Below, in pieces: positions 9,231 to 18,856 of a stretch of DNA of 64,000 bases. The DNA is from a virus. Taxonomy: Duplodnaviria; Heunggongvirae; Uroviricota; Caudoviricetes. Every line of letters begins with the position of its first letter. The stretch's first letter is position 1. Location of the stretch: positions 89,310 to 153,309 of the IMG/VR virus record IMGVR_UViG_3300041405_000148; one strand, written 5' to 3'. A program made the position numbers and the translations under genes. The notes under the pieces were generated by a model that saw only the letters and a list, made by a program, of their open reading frames with translations, ran no database searches and was not told the DNA's origin.

Positions 9231-9523
9231 CTCACAGAGTGAGTACTATAGTTATTGTTAGCGAACATAATAACCAACCGAGGCGGTAGCCGCGTTGCGT
9301 TATTGTTCGTTCGCTAACGATTAGGTTTTTAATCATTTCTATAAGAAATAGTTGTTACTGTTAAGAATTACCGTAGGTAATTATTTTATAGCTAATCATT
9401 CATTCTTCTTTCAGGCGAACGAACAATTAGCAACGGAATAATCCCTAAAGGGGATTGTTACGGTTGGTTATTATGTTCGGCTCGCCGCCTAAAGCGTCTC
9501 GCCTCACTCACAATTAGCAACGG
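9231..9523. repeat. large dyad-symmetry element
   Basis: Perfect 19-bp inverted repeat cgaacataataaccaaccg (9262-9280) versus cggttggttattatgttcg (9462-9480). Inner 13-bp arm attgttcgttcgc versus gcgaacgaacaat. Central palindrome attaccgtaggtaat (~9367-9381). Direct repeats caattagcaacgg at 9424 and 9511. ctcacagagtgag hairpin at 9231. Confidence 0.6.
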
Positions 9524-9846
9524 TAATTTATTGCTCTGAATAAAAATACCTCAGAACATCGCTTATTCAATAAAGTGAATAACTATTCATGTAACATCGG
9601 CTAAAAGTGGTGATATGAGGTGAAAAGCTGTGATCTTGTTTTTGTGTATGGTGTTTAAAGAGCCTGTAAGCGATTCTAAGAGGTTTTATTGATAAGGTGT
9701 ATGGTAGGGTTGTCTTTCTGAGATGTCTTGTTTAAGCGGTTTAGTGAATAACTTCAGCGACTGTTATTGATAAGTAAAAGCTATTGGACTATTTCAGGTA
9801 AAAGAAAACCCGCTGTTAGGCGGGTTAATGTTATTCTAGATTTGAT

Positions 9847-10134
9847 TTATCTATCTTTTTCAACTTCATAAACAAAGTTAATCAGATCATCACAAACATA
9901 AAAAGTTGTGTGTATAGGGTTGACATTTGCATGGTTAGTGATCGATTGGTTATACTGACTTTCCAGCCAGTCAATATTTTCTTTGTCGTCTAACTGAATA
10001 CCACAAGTAAGGGCAACTAACATAACAGCGGTTTTCCGTGGTTCTTCAGTGTTCACCAGATTGATTTTAACGTCTAACACGTTGAAGCCGAAACGGTTAA
10101 CAGTGACGTGAACAAATGGAGTTGAAGTAGCCAT
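9847..10134 (-). CDS. hypothetical early protein (95 aa)
   Basis: ORF. Promoter-like TTGACG-N18-TATACT at about 10180-10215 on the minus strand. Confidence 0.5.
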   Translation of the reverse strand: MATSTPFVHVTVNRFGFNVLDVKINLVNTEEPRKTAVMLVALTCGIQLDDKENIDWLESQYNQSITNHANVNPIHTTFYVCDDLINFVYEVEKDR

Positions 10135-10253
10135 TTTTAAAACCCTTTAGAGAGTGGTTGGCGGTATTGCCTCCCGATGAAAAGAGTATAGCAAAAAGCC
10201 CGGAAAGGCGTCAACCCCTCCAGGCTAAAAAGATTGGATTATTTTCAGATTAT

Positions 10254-10499
10254 TTAGTTGTAATAACCTTGTAAGTTTCTAACGGCATATTCAATAAAAT
10301 CAGTCTGCCCTTTAATGTCGTAAGTTGAAAATTTATCTTGATAAGCATAATCAGGGTTACCCTCCGCATTTAAAGGGGTTGTAACAATAACAAATATTTC
10401 TGACCCATTATTTACAGGGATAAGATCAATATGTAAGCCTTTATCTTTTGCTTCAACAATAGCCCGGAAAAAGTTTAATGTAGTCATTTCATCGCCCAA
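10254..10499 (-). CDS. hypothetical protein (81 aa)
   Basis: ORF. Confidence 0.45.
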   Translation of the reverse strand: MGDEMTTLNFFRAIVEAKDKGLHIDLIPVNNGSEIFVIVTTPLNAEGNPDYAYQDKFSTYDIKGQTDFIEYAVRNLQGYYN

Positions 10500-10548
10500 G
10501 TTATAAGCCCCTTTCAGGGCGTTATGTTATACCAGGAGGTTAGTGCTA

Positions 10549-10884
10549 TCAGATAACGTAAACGTCGATATAGTCACCAACTAAATCCATGGTGAATTCG
10601 TAACCATCAACTGAAGAACAGCAATCCAGTGTCACCAGATAGCAAAGGCTACTTTTATCAATACTTGCCACTTGATAAAACCCGCCTTTAAGTGAATTCT
10701 TGACGATATCACCAACTTTTAAGTCTTTAGCTTTGACACGTGTCCGCACAGAAGCAATTGCAAGGATATCAGATGAATCGTATGATTTTGACAAGGAATT
10801 CAATGCTGCGATTTTAAATTTGATGGTCATTTGCTTAGTCTCTTTGATTAGCGGGAACCATTCCCGCCCTTCGATAAACATCAT
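10549..10884 (-). CDS. hypothetical protein (111 aa)
   Basis: ORF. Contains the conserved GCGGGAA-cca-TTCCCGC hairpin. Confidence 0.45.
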   Translation of the reverse strand: MMFIEGREWFPLIKETKQMTIKFKIAALNSLSKSYDSSDILAIASVRTRVKAKDLKVGDIVKNSLKGGFYQVASIDKSSLCYLVTLDCCSSVDGYEFTMDLVGDYIDVYVI

Positions 10885-11089
10885 ATCATAGTGAGCGGGT
10901 AGATCAACTATTCTTTTGTAAAGATTTAGAAACGAGAATCATTCTTATCTAGTAAATAACGTCCAGGCTCGGTGTTTGTCTCCGCCTGCTACCAGGTGCG
11001 CCGTTCGATATACAGCATAACAAAAAGGCCCAAATCGGTCAAGCCTTGAGCCTCTTTTATTTCCATCCTTTAAACTACCTTTCAAAGAA

Positions 11090-11281
11090 TCATTTTAAAG
11101 CTTCTTTTATTAAATCAAAAGCCTTATAGGCATTTTGTTTATCAAAATAAGTTGATAAGCCACACTCAATATCTGAGACATCAATACGCCAGTACTCGAA
11201 CCCGTTTCCATCAATAATCTTGAGCAATTCAACAATTTTTGACCCTTTGGAAAATTTTTCAATCACAGTTTTCATTGTCAA
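11090..11281 (-). CDS. hypothetical protein (63 aa)
   Basis: ORF. Confidence 0.4.
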   Translation of the reverse strand: MTMKTVIEKFSKGSKIVELLKIIDGNGFEYWRIDVSDIECGLSTYFDKQNAYKAFDLIKEALK

Positions 11282-11294
11282 CCCTTATTTATTT

Positions 11295-11456
11295 TACTCT
11301 GATTCTACCCACTCCAAAGCCTCTGTTAGTGTCTCAAAGTGCCCGCTATGGAACATATCTAGGGCATATTCTATTTCGCCCCGATTCAACTTATGCCATT
11401 TAGCCTGGAGGCTGTAAGATTTGCCGCAATACAGAACGTTAAAATAATTTTCCATT
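11295..11456 (-). CDS. small hypothetical protein (53 aa)
   Basis: ATG ORF (MENYFNVLYCGKSY...), not in the ORF track. Confidence 0.35.
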
Positions 11457-11458
11457 TC

Positions 11459-12022
11459 TTAATCCTCGTTATATTGCCAAACGTTTAAAGGCTCTTCAAA
11501 CATCCAGTCAATTGTATTACAATACAGTTTAGCCGTCAAGTGTTGAATATAAAATTCATCATTCGCCCACTCTCTGACAGCTTCTAAAAATGTGGGGTAG
11601 TCATAGCTACTTGCTTCCTGTGTACTATGCCAAGGATAAAGGCGGCTGTAAAGCGCTTTTAACTTTTCTTCCTGCTCTTTAAACGTCATAGACTCAGGAT
11701 CATATTCATCTGTTAACTTATCTTGTAAGTTGTTACACCTGTTGTTTGCCTTGTCCCACGCTCGCAGAATACGCCACGCATTAACCTGGTGGTCTCCTCT
11801 CACCTTTTCCAGGTAATCCTGTGTTAATGCCCCGCGCTTTCTCACCAGATGCAAAAGGGCTAACGTGTTGTCAATCCGATAATGTAACCCCTTGCCATTG
11901 TTAAGGTTAACTATCTGATGAATCGTGATCGGTGTTCTCTTCTCCACTACGCTGGCAAATAGGCGCGGCGCTTTCTGCTGCTGTTGCCACCATGAAAAAA
12001 CAGTGTTTGACAGATTAATCAT
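11459..12022 (-). CDS. hypothetical protein (187 aa)
   Basis: ORF. Confidence 0.5.
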   Translation of the reverse strand: MINLSNTVFSWWQQQQKAPRLFASVVEKRTPITIHQIVNLNNGKGLHYRIDNTLALLHLVRKRGALTQDYLEKVRGDHQVNAWRILRAWDKANNRCNNLQDKLTDEYDPESMTFKEQEEKLKALYSRLYPWHSTQEASSYDYPTFLEAVREWANDEFYIQHLTAKLYCNTIDWMFEEPLNVWQYNED

Positions 12023-12348
12023 TTCGTGTTACCTCTTTTTATCTCGCCTTCTTTCGGTAACAATAGCAGATCCTGCGCGTTATGTCCAGTGTATCGGATT
12101 TGTTCTAGTGCTTGCTCTACCTCTGCGATCTTCGCTTGCAATGCTTCGCGCCTTGTGATAAGTGCTAACCGTAAATTGTCTACGGCTTCTGTTGGTGTTG
12201 TTCCCTGACTTTCTATTTCACCATTGCCAAGGCCTGGCCCTGCCCCAGCTTTACTGGTGGCAGTGTAGTGACCGCGTTTAGACCAATAAACCTTTAGGCT
12301 GTTAAGCTGGAATACATACTTTTTAAGAGATCGGCAAAAGATAACCAT
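12019..12348 (-). CDS. hypothetical protein (109 aa)
   Basis: ORF. Confidence 0.45.
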   Translation of the reverse strand: MVIFCRSLKKYVFQLNSLKVYWSKRGHYTATSKAGAGPGLGNGEIESQGTTPTEAVDNLRLALITRREALQAKIAEVEQALEQIRYTGHNAQDLLLLPKEGEIKRGNTK

Positions 12349-12427
12349 AATTAAGCCCTTTTAGCTTGTTCGATTGCATTGATGATGGTTTGCACCTTGT
12401 CAATGGTGACAGTGATTTCTTTGTTAA

Positions 12428-12652
12428 CTACATGCTTCCATCAGCTTCACAGCCTGAGTTAACCATACCAATAAAACCGGAGAAGATAGCAACTAAGAAA
12501 CATAACATCTCAGCACCTGCTAAAGCAGGGATAATCACGTTAACCAGGACAATGGAAGCAATAAACAGTACTATAGCAAGGATGAAAGAAAAGCGCATTT
12601 TAGTATTCCTGATTTTGAAGGGGAAGATGTTTCCCCTTTCGATATAAAACAT
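12428..12652 (-). CDS. small membrane protein (74 aa, 2 TM)
   Basis: Two hydrophobic helices. Confidence 0.45.
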   Translation of the reverse strand: MFYIERGNIFPFKIRNTKMRFSFILAIVLFIASIVLVNVIIPALAGAEMLCFLVAIFSGFIGMVNSGCEADGSM

Positions 12653-12695
12653 TATACAGTGATTTAATTAAGATGCAAGCTTTTGTTTGCTTTTA

Positions 12696-12914
12696 TCAGT
12701 GCACTGCGGAAGGCGTGACGCTCCAGCCACAAGATATCACTTCACCTTTTTCTAACTCAAATTCCCAATAAAGATCTTTATGAGTAATATAAACATAGCG
12801 AGTTATTTCAACATCTTCCTGATAATTAACTACACCATAACGGCGACACTCTTTATAAATACTTTCTAAGTCACCTTTCTTTTGTGTAGCTTTCAGTTGT
12901 GATTTAGTTAACAT
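12696..12914 (-). CDS. hypothetical protein (72 aa)
   Basis: ORF. Confidence 0.4.
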   Translation of the reverse strand: MLTKSQLKATQKKGDLESIYKECRRYGVVNYQEDVEITRYVYITHKDLYWEFELEKGEVISCGWSVTPSAVH

Positions 12915-13079
12915 TGTTTATCTCACTTAGTTAGCGTTATTGCCTGATAAAGATATTACTAAAAGCGCCTAACGTTTGCAAGCGCTTTTGATAAATATTT
13001 TATTAATAAGTACCTTCCGGCAAGTAACCACTATCAAATAGTCTTTGTAAAATTCGAGATACTTCTTCTTTATTATAAG

Positions 13080-13283
13080 CTAATTTAATAGTTTCTTTTC
13101 ACCATACTCTGAAAACTTCTCAGATAGCCAACACTCTTTTGCGTTGTCTGTCAACACAAGATAACCGTAAACAGCATGGCTACGAATAACAGGGTAATCT
13201 TTGTTTGCTGTAAACATATATTCATATTGAGGCTTGACATTATCAAATGTTATGATCATACATTTACCTTTTATGAAAGTCAA
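13080..13283 (-). CDS. hypothetical protein (67 aa)
   Basis: ORF. Confidence 0.4.
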   Translation of the reverse strand: MTFIKGKCMIITFDNVKPQYEYMFTANKDYPVIRSHAVYGYLVLTDNAKECWLSEKFSEYGEKKLLN

Positions 13284-13566
13284 TCGCTGAAGTTAGCTTG
13301 TTGAGTCCGGCCTTAACTTCTGAAGTTATGCTATAATAAGCTTTTTCTTTAACAGGTGCAAGCATTAGTTTCTTTATTTCCATATTTGCTTTTACCTTCT
13401 GTTTAGTGTTCATCTTGCTGTTATTTTTGATAAGCAGCAATAAGTTATTGACTTTATCATTATGTTGACGGTAAATAAATTCCGGCTTAAACTCTTGCCT
13501 TTCACAGTGTTCAATTGTTGACTTAGCCAATGCACGTAAAGTTGAGAGAATTGTCAAGTTATCCAT
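13264..13566 (-). CDS. hypothetical protein (100 aa)
   Basis: ORF. Confidence 0.45.
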   Translation of the reverse strand: MDNLTILSTLRALAKSTIEHCERQEFKPEFIYRQHNDKVNNLLLLIKNNSKMNTKQKVKANMEIKKLMLAPVKEKAYYSITSEVKAGLNKLTSAIDFHKR

Positions 13567-13576
13567 GTTTAACCCT

Positions 13577-13750
13577 TACTTTTCAAAGCGCACAAGTTTA
13601 TCAGCAGCGCGGCGGCCCCATTTACCATTTGATGCCTGTACATCTTCAATCGCCTTGTTTACCTTTTTGATTTCGGCTGAATAAGCAGAAATAACGCAGA
13701 GAACAGGGACAACAGTAGCTAAAACACTGAGGGCGATAATCAGTGACATT
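13577..13750 (-). CDS. small membrane protein (58 aa)
   Basis: ATG ORF (MSLIIALSVLATVVPVLCVISAY...), not in the ORF track. Confidence 0.35.
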
Positions 13751-13852
13751 TTAATTTTCTCACACTACAGGCTAACCGTTAGCCCGTCTCTATGTGTAGT
13801 AATATACAGAAAAGCCGCTAAGGCGTCAACCCCAGCGGCTAAGATATTCCAA

Positions 13853-14176
13853 TTATTTTACGTTTATATTTTCTTTATATTGTGTAAAGCTATCATCTGC
13901 ATCATCAACGTTTTGCAGGTAATAAACATTCTTATTCATGCCTACCCATTCACCAGGCAAGACACGGTAACAGCCTGCAAACTGGTACTGTCTCGTTACT
14001 GGGTTACTGCGAACATCATCAGGAAACAACGCTTTCAATTGCTCTTTACAATCCGCTTGATCCTTGCTGTACTGTGATCCGCCCTGCCAGCTCTTATGAT
14101 AGGCAGTTTCACACTTATCCTTATTGTCCGGCGTTAAGGTGCAAAGGAACGTGGCAAAAACGATTGATGCGATCAT
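13853..14176 (-). CDS. secreted or periplasmic protein (107 aa)
   Basis: N-terminal hydrophobic signal-like segment. Confidence 0.45.
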   Translation of the reverse strand: MIASIVFATFLCTLTPDNKDKCETAYHKSWQGGSQYSKDQADCKEQLKALFPDDVRSNPVTRQYQFAGCYRVLPGEWVGMNKNVYYLQNVDDADDSFTQYKENINVK

Positions 14177-14214
14177 GATATTTTCTCTTAGTTTATTGTT
14201 TGGTTAACTTCTTC

Positions 14215-14254
14215 GCTCTGAGTTCTAATCTACAGAACTCAGAGAGATAAGTCA
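14215..14254 (-). promoter_or_regulatory. sigma70-type promoter TTGACT-N17-TAGATT with the -10 hexamer in the loop of an 11-bp perfect hairpin
   Basis: Minus strand reads TTGACTtatct CTCTGAGTTCT gTAGATT AGAACTCAGAG. Confidence 0.6.
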
Positions 14255-14265
14255 ATCACTTTTAT

Positions 14266-14454
14266 TTACCTCTTTGTTTCTTTCCATTCACCTGTCCAGA
14301 AGTAAATGAAAAACGGCGCCGCTATTACACAAGTATAAACCATGTAATCAAAAGAGGATTTTTTAGTCCCAGCATCTAAAGGTAAACAAAGACAAACAAA
14401 AGCTTGCATTATCCCTAAAAACGTGATAACTAAGATTATACTTGATTTACTCAT
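14266..14454 (-). CDS. small membrane protein (62 aa)
   Basis: ORF preceded by a hairpin-type promoter. Confidence 0.45.
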   Translation of the reverse strand: MSKSSIILVITFLGIMQAFVCLCLPLDAGTKKSSFDYMVYTCVIAAPFFIYFWTGEWKETKR

Positions 14455-14620
14455 GATCCACCTTCACCAGGATATCAAAGCCAAAATTTTCATTTGATAG
14501 ACGTTCTAAAATGGTGTAGCCCTTTGTTTCTATTTCAGCATGAATACCTTTTGACGTCCAGGCAGAAAAGAAACGTTTACGGGTATTATCATCAACTAAA
14601 TGAAAATGTTTATCATTCAT
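14447..14620 (-). CDS. small hypothetical protein (57 aa)
   Basis: ATG ORF (MNDKHFHLVDD...) whose stop overlaps the start of the downstream gene. Confidence 0.3.
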   Translation of the reverse strand: MNDKHFHLVDDNTRKRFFSAWTSKGIHAEIETKGYTILERLSNENFGFDILVKVDHE

Positions 14621-14772
14621 GTTTAAGATCCTCGATCAACTCTTCGATTTTAATAACACAGCCTGCAATAAAAACCATCGTAATGATAAAGATTAATAGT
14701 GGCATGTTCTTACCCTCTTTTGTTTCGATATAAGAAGAATATCATAACTAAAACGAGAGTCAAGGGTTTTTA

Positions 14773-14976
14773 TTAATCTTTGTAGATTTTTATTCTTACA
14801 TAGCTATTAGCTGGATATTCAACCTCGTAATAAGTAAGCTCTTCCGAAGATAACTCTTTTTCCAGATGTAAAGTGGTTGTTGTACTATTATGCACAGCAC
14901 CTATAATGATTTCACCGCTAACCAGTTCGTCATAATCTCGAACATCTTGGATCTTGATAAGTTTTCGTTCAAACAT
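14773..14976 (-). CDS. hypothetical protein (67 aa)
   Basis: ORF. Confidence 0.4.
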   Translation of the reverse strand: MFERKLIKIQDVRDYDELVSGEIIIGAVHNSTTTTLHLEKELSSEELTYYEVEYPANSYVRIKIYKD

Positions 14977-15176
14977 TAGATTGCCTTTATCTGAATTACT
15001 TTAGAAAGTTCTACCCGATTTGATAAGTTATCAACATAAATGAATTCGAGTTCATTTTCAACTAAAATTTGATTGCTTAAACAAATACCCCAGACCCTAA
15101 AATTATATTCATCACGATATTGCACTTTGTTGCGTTTGCTGCTAGTCAACATAGCCTCTACCTTTTCTTTTTGCAT
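14976..15176 (-). CDS. hypothetical protein (66 aa)
   Basis: ORF. Confidence 0.4.
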   Translation of the reverse strand: MQKEKVEAMLTSSKRNKVQYRDEYNFRVWGICLSNQILVENELEFIYVDNLSNRVELSKVIQIKAI

Positions 15177-15439
15177 TAGATCATACCTTTTAAACTAGGG
15201 CTTGACAAACGAAAGAGATCATGCACTACAGGCGCAAGCTTCTTTTGCACTTCTGCTGCACTCTTAGCGTTAATAATTGTCCTTTCTGGCTTGTGACCGT
15301 CTACAAAGTGCATCACAAAGCCACGGGCAGACTTTTGGCAGATCATATCAATAACGTTTGAACCTTTACGGAAAGTGATCCCGCCACGGTTGATAGTTGC
15401 GGTAATATCAGCGTTTAAGTTTTGCAAGTAGATAGACAT
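15176..15439 (-). CDS. hypothetical protein (87 aa)
   Basis: ORF. Confidence 0.45.
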   Translation of the reverse strand: MSIYLQNLNADITATINRGGITFRKGSNVIDMICQKSARGFVMHFVDGHKPERTIINAKSAAEVQKKLAPVVHDLFRLSSPSLKGMI

Positions 15440-15682
15440 TTGAACCTCGTTAGGATTAAGTTGACTTCTAAGGTAAGATTAACACATTTGAGCAATAAAG
15501 CAAGCTTTAGAGTAAATAATTTACACGCCAGTAATTCTTAGTCACTCTATAACGTCCTAGAAACGATTCTAAGGGCTTTTAAAGTTAACAAGTACCATCG
15601 GCAGGATTTAGATTAAAAGTTGCTTACGATCGTTTCTAGACCCATAGAAATGACAAAGCCAGGTTTTACCCTGGCTCTTAGT

Positions 15683-15826
15683 TATGCTGCATAGGCTTCA
15701 CTACGCTTTTCGCTTCTGTCTCTTCGGGTTTTGTTGCGCTTATCTCCCTTGCGTCCTTGCCCTTCTTCTGTCCAGTCTAATTTTTTACGGGACTGAATTT
15801 TTTCAAAGTTTTTAAAGTTTTCCATT
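15683..15826 (-). CDS. small basic protein (47 aa)
   Basis: ATG ORF (MENFKNFEKIQSRKK...), Lys/Arg-rich. Confidence 0.3.
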
Positions 15827-15834
15827 GACTACCC

Positions 15835-16149
15835 TTATTTAATGTTGAATGCAGAATTTAAATCGCTTTTTAAAGCTTCATTGAATTTAGAATACTCATA
15901 ATCATAAAGATCAAACATATCCTCTTCAGAACCTTGCCCTATGACAGTGAAATCAATAACCTCCCGAACCATAACCCGGCTACGTAGTCCAGCCTGGTGA
16001 GTCAAGTTATTTTCATGATCCATCACAGGACATAAAACCGTCTCACCTGAAGATAATGTGTACTTCATTACGTAGAAAGTTTTATTCTCTCTTTCATTTA
16101 GTACCCATCGCCTTATGGCATTTGATACTATATCTTTGATCTTTGACAT
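15835..16149 (-). CDS. hypothetical protein (104 aa)
   Basis: ORF. Confidence 0.45.
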   Translation of the reverse strand: MSKIKDIVSNAIRRWVLNERENKTFYVMKYTLSSGETVLCPVMDHENNLTHQAGLRSRVMVREVIDFTVIGQGSEEDMFDLYDYEYSKFNEALKSDLNSAFNIK

Positions 16150-16152
16150 ATT

Positions 16153-16587
16153 TTATTCTTCCATAGAGTCTACTACAGCCCTTGCGATTTCTTCTACAAC
16201 AGCTTTGCAAGCTACATCAAAGACTTGATCAACCGCGTCACCTTTACCAGTATACAATGCTTGATTGATTTCTTCAATGGTGTATTGTGAGACTAAATCC
16301 CATTTATCCATCATAGAACCAACAGAATCATGATCATAATAATATTCCTCTGACAAAGATTTCAGCCAAGATTTAATTGCTGGCGCGTGGTTGCGGAAAA
16401 ATTTCACGCTGTCAGTGTAATAGATAAAGCTGATACCCGTGTTAGCACCATACTTGCTAATGTCACTAGAAATCTCTTTAAACTCATCCCATCCACCATG
16501 CCAGCGAACAATAGCACGGATAAGAGTTGCATCGATGTTAGAGTTTTCGATAACAGTTGACAGCTTCAGAGATTTTAAAGTTTTCAT
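16153..16587 (-). CDS. hypothetical protein (144 aa)
   Basis: ORF. Confidence 0.5.
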   Translation of the reverse strand: MKTLKSLKLSTVIENSNIDATLIRAIVRWHGGWDEFKEISSDISKYGANTGISFIYYTDSVKFFRNHAPAIKSWLKSLSEEYYYDHDSVGSMMDKWDLVSQYTIEEINQALYTGKGDAVDQVFDVACKAVVEEIARAVVDSMEE

Positions 16588-16685
16588 AGCATTTTCCTAG
16601 TTAGTGCTGTTTAAGTTGGAAGGTTATTTCTCTTCCTGTTGGCCGCTATTATCTAACAGCCAATCAGCAGAGTCAACAACTATTT

Positions 16686-17051
16686 TTAATTATTTTCTTC
16701 GTTGTTTTCGGCTTGCTCTTCAGCCTCTTCTAATTCAGATTCCAGATCCTCTAACTCACTTTCCAGATCTTCTAACTCTGAATATAAATCGCGGTATTCT
16801 TCCACACCGTTTAAATCAATGTTAGATTCATAATCAGACTTGCCGCAACGATACGCAACAGGATCACAATTTTTAATAATGTCTGAAGGGTAAAACTCCA
16901 TACCTCCAACACTCACAGCCCCTTCACAATCCAAAAATTCATCGTATTCTGATTCTGTAGCTTCATATTCAAAAGCTTCTACTTCCTGTTGCTTTTCGGA
17001 AACTTCCAGTTTTTTGGCTTCAATTGCTGCTTTCAGAGTTGCGATAGTCAT
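16686..17051 (-). CDS. acidic coiled-coil protein (121 aa)
   Basis: LEDLESELEDLESELEE repeats. The GGCGGGAA-tag-TTCCCGCC hairpin lies in its 5' leader. Confidence 0.45.
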   Translation of the reverse strand: MTIATLKAAIEAKKLEVSEKQQEVEAFEYEATESEYDEFLDCEGAVSVGGMEFYPSDIIKNCDPVAYRCGKSDYESNIDLNGVEEYRDLYSELEDLESELEDLESELEEAEEQAENNEENN

Positions 17052-17138
17052 TTTCTTTTCTCTTTGATTTGGCGGGAACTATTCCCGCCTTGTTGATAGA
17101 TACTTTAATTGTTTTCTTTGTTGCCGTCAATCTTTATT

Positions 17139-17438
17139 TTAAAATTCTTCTGCTTCATTTTCCCAGGGATCGCCGTAAGCGCTTTCAATATCAGAATAAC
17201 ATTCATCACAAACAAGTGGCGCACCTTCCCAGTGGATAGCTATTTGTTGTGGAACTAAACCACAACCATCCCTTAGCCCTTCTAACAACTCCACAAATTT
17301 TTCTTTTGTGCAACTTGAACATAAGCATCCGCCTTCCTCTGTTACTAATACTTTTGGATAAGAACCAATAGAAGTAAAAGGATTACGGGCGAAAGATTTT
17401 ACATCTGCGATCAGTTCAATGTTTTCTGAGATTTTCAT
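17139..17438 (-). CDS. Cys-rich protein (99 aa)
   Basis: CxxC motifs. Confidence 0.45.
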   Translation of the reverse strand: MKISENIELIADVKSFARNPFTSIGSYPKVLVTEEGGCLCSSCTKEKFVELLEGLRDGCGLVPQQIAIHWEGAPLVCDECYSDIESAYGDPWENEAEEF

Positions 17439-17526
17439 TTTCTTGCCTTAGTTGTGAGGTTGTTATCTGATAAAATCTATTCTACCTTAACCGCTAAGGA
17501 TTGCAAGCGGTTAAGAGAAAATAGTT

Positions 17527-17760
17527 TTAGTTTGATGCAAGATTATCAAAATAAGATTGAGGCTTGACAATTACATTTTTACCGCCATTACTTAACCATG
17601 CATTAATATGGCGTGTTGTGGTGTTTGAATACTTGCGGTCTGTTTTATAACTTACCCCGTCAAAGATCGCCGCCACTGGTGTTTCGTAAGAAAAGAAAAC
17701 CTCGCAACCGCTTGACAGTGTAACAACAGTTTGATTTGCAGCTAAGGATTGAATACGCAT
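17527..17760 (-). CDS. hypothetical protein (77 aa)
   Basis: ORF. Confidence 0.4.
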   Translation of the reverse strand: MRIQSLAANQTVVTLSSGCEVFFSYETPVAAIFDGVSYKTDRKYSNTTTRHINAWLSNGGKNVIVKPQSYFDNLASN

Positions 17761-17834
17761 TTTATTAATCTCTGTTTGTGTTGGTTAAAGAATCTTAGCA
17801 AAGAGCCTGCTTTATTGCAAGCCCTTTTAGAAGA

Positions 17835-18038
17835 TTATTTACGGCGGGTTAATGTGCCTTTGCCGTCATTGTGGATTAACTGGACGCCCCATCCATTCTT
17901 ATCTTTAACATCCTGCTTAACAGTGATTGAGGTTCCTTTTGTACGCTGGCGGAGCATCTTAGCAACGTTGCGGGCTTCTTCACGCTTAGCATAACCAGAC
18001 AGCAGAGAATGAGATTTTACGTTAGCAATGTTGAACAT
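17835..18038 (-). CDS. small basic protein (67 aa)
   Basis: ORF. Confidence 0.4.
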   Translation of the reverse strand: MFNIANVKSHSLLSGYAKREEARNVAKMLRQRTKGTSITVKQDVKDKNGWGVQLIHNDGKGTLTRRK

Positions 18039-18080
18039 GATATATACCTTTTGGTTTTGGGTTGATTTAACTTTTTCTCT

Positions 18081-18117
18081 ATGCCCTGTATTCTAACAGG
18101 GCATAACGATAAGTCAA
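18081..18117 (-). promoter_or_regulatory. sigma70-type promoter TTGACT-N16-TAGAAT with the -10 hexamer as the loop of a 9-bp hairpin
   Basis: Minus strand reads TTGACTtatcgtt ATGCCCTGT TAGAAT ACAGGGCAT. Confidence 0.6.
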
Positions 18118-18352
18118 GTCTTATTGAACACCGAATTTCTGAATTCCTACAGGAGAAAGATCGGAGTAATTTTCATCAATAAAGGCTTGAGCGCTATCCT
18201 CTGAATCAAAAACACCTTGTACCGGGCAAGTTTGGTTATCAAAATCCACAACTACAAATACGGCATTGTTCATCTTATTTACCTTTTCAGTTTAGGCGCT
18301 GCACCATTGCCGCGCCTTGTGTGAGTAATTATCGGTTATTTGGTTTTAGTTG

Positions 18353-18565
18353 TCAACAGAAAATCAAAGAAAATTTGTAAGTTGAGTCAGATAATTTGTA
18401 TTCGGTCTGATTGCGAACGTCAGCGACTTTATAGAGACGGCCTTTAATCTGCATTAAATCTTTAATATCCTCTAAGTTTTTAACCCCTGTAATATCTTTG
18501 TTAAAAACTTCAGAATCACAAAATAACACTTGATTTGCTTGTTTAATTTTGGATTGAATATTCAT
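18353..18565 (-). CDS. hypothetical protein (70 aa)
   Basis: ORF. Confidence 0.4.
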   Translation of the reverse strand: MNIQSKIKQANQVLFCDSEVFNKDITGVKNLEDIKDLMQIKGRLYKVADVRNQTEYKLSDSTYKFSLIFC

Positions 18566-18818
18566 TTTAATTTCCTTTTTAACTGGTTAGTGTTTCTCTT
18601 ACTTGATAGCCCTTATCTTAAAGGGCTATCTGATAAGAGTCAACTGATCTCTTCTAATTTTTCTATTCGCCAGGAGTATTTAGTTAGCTTGCTTAACATC
18701 ATGCAACCTTCCGCATGATTTAACGGCGAATCATTCATGATCACTTTAACGCCTGTTTTATTGTTGACTACCACGACATTGTACTTTCTCATTGTTTCGG
18801 CTCCTGGTTTCTCTTCTC

Positions 18819-18856
18819 TATAGCGCCCATTATAGAACGCTATAACGAAAAGTCAA
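18819..18856 (-). promoter_or_regulatory. sigma70 consensus promoter TTGACT-N16-TATAAT with the -10 inside a TATAGCG/CGCTATA hairpin
   Basis: Minus strand reads TTGACTtttcgt TATAGCG ttcTATAATggg CGCTATA, followed by AGGAG and the ATG of a roughly 50-aa ORF. Confidence 0.6.
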
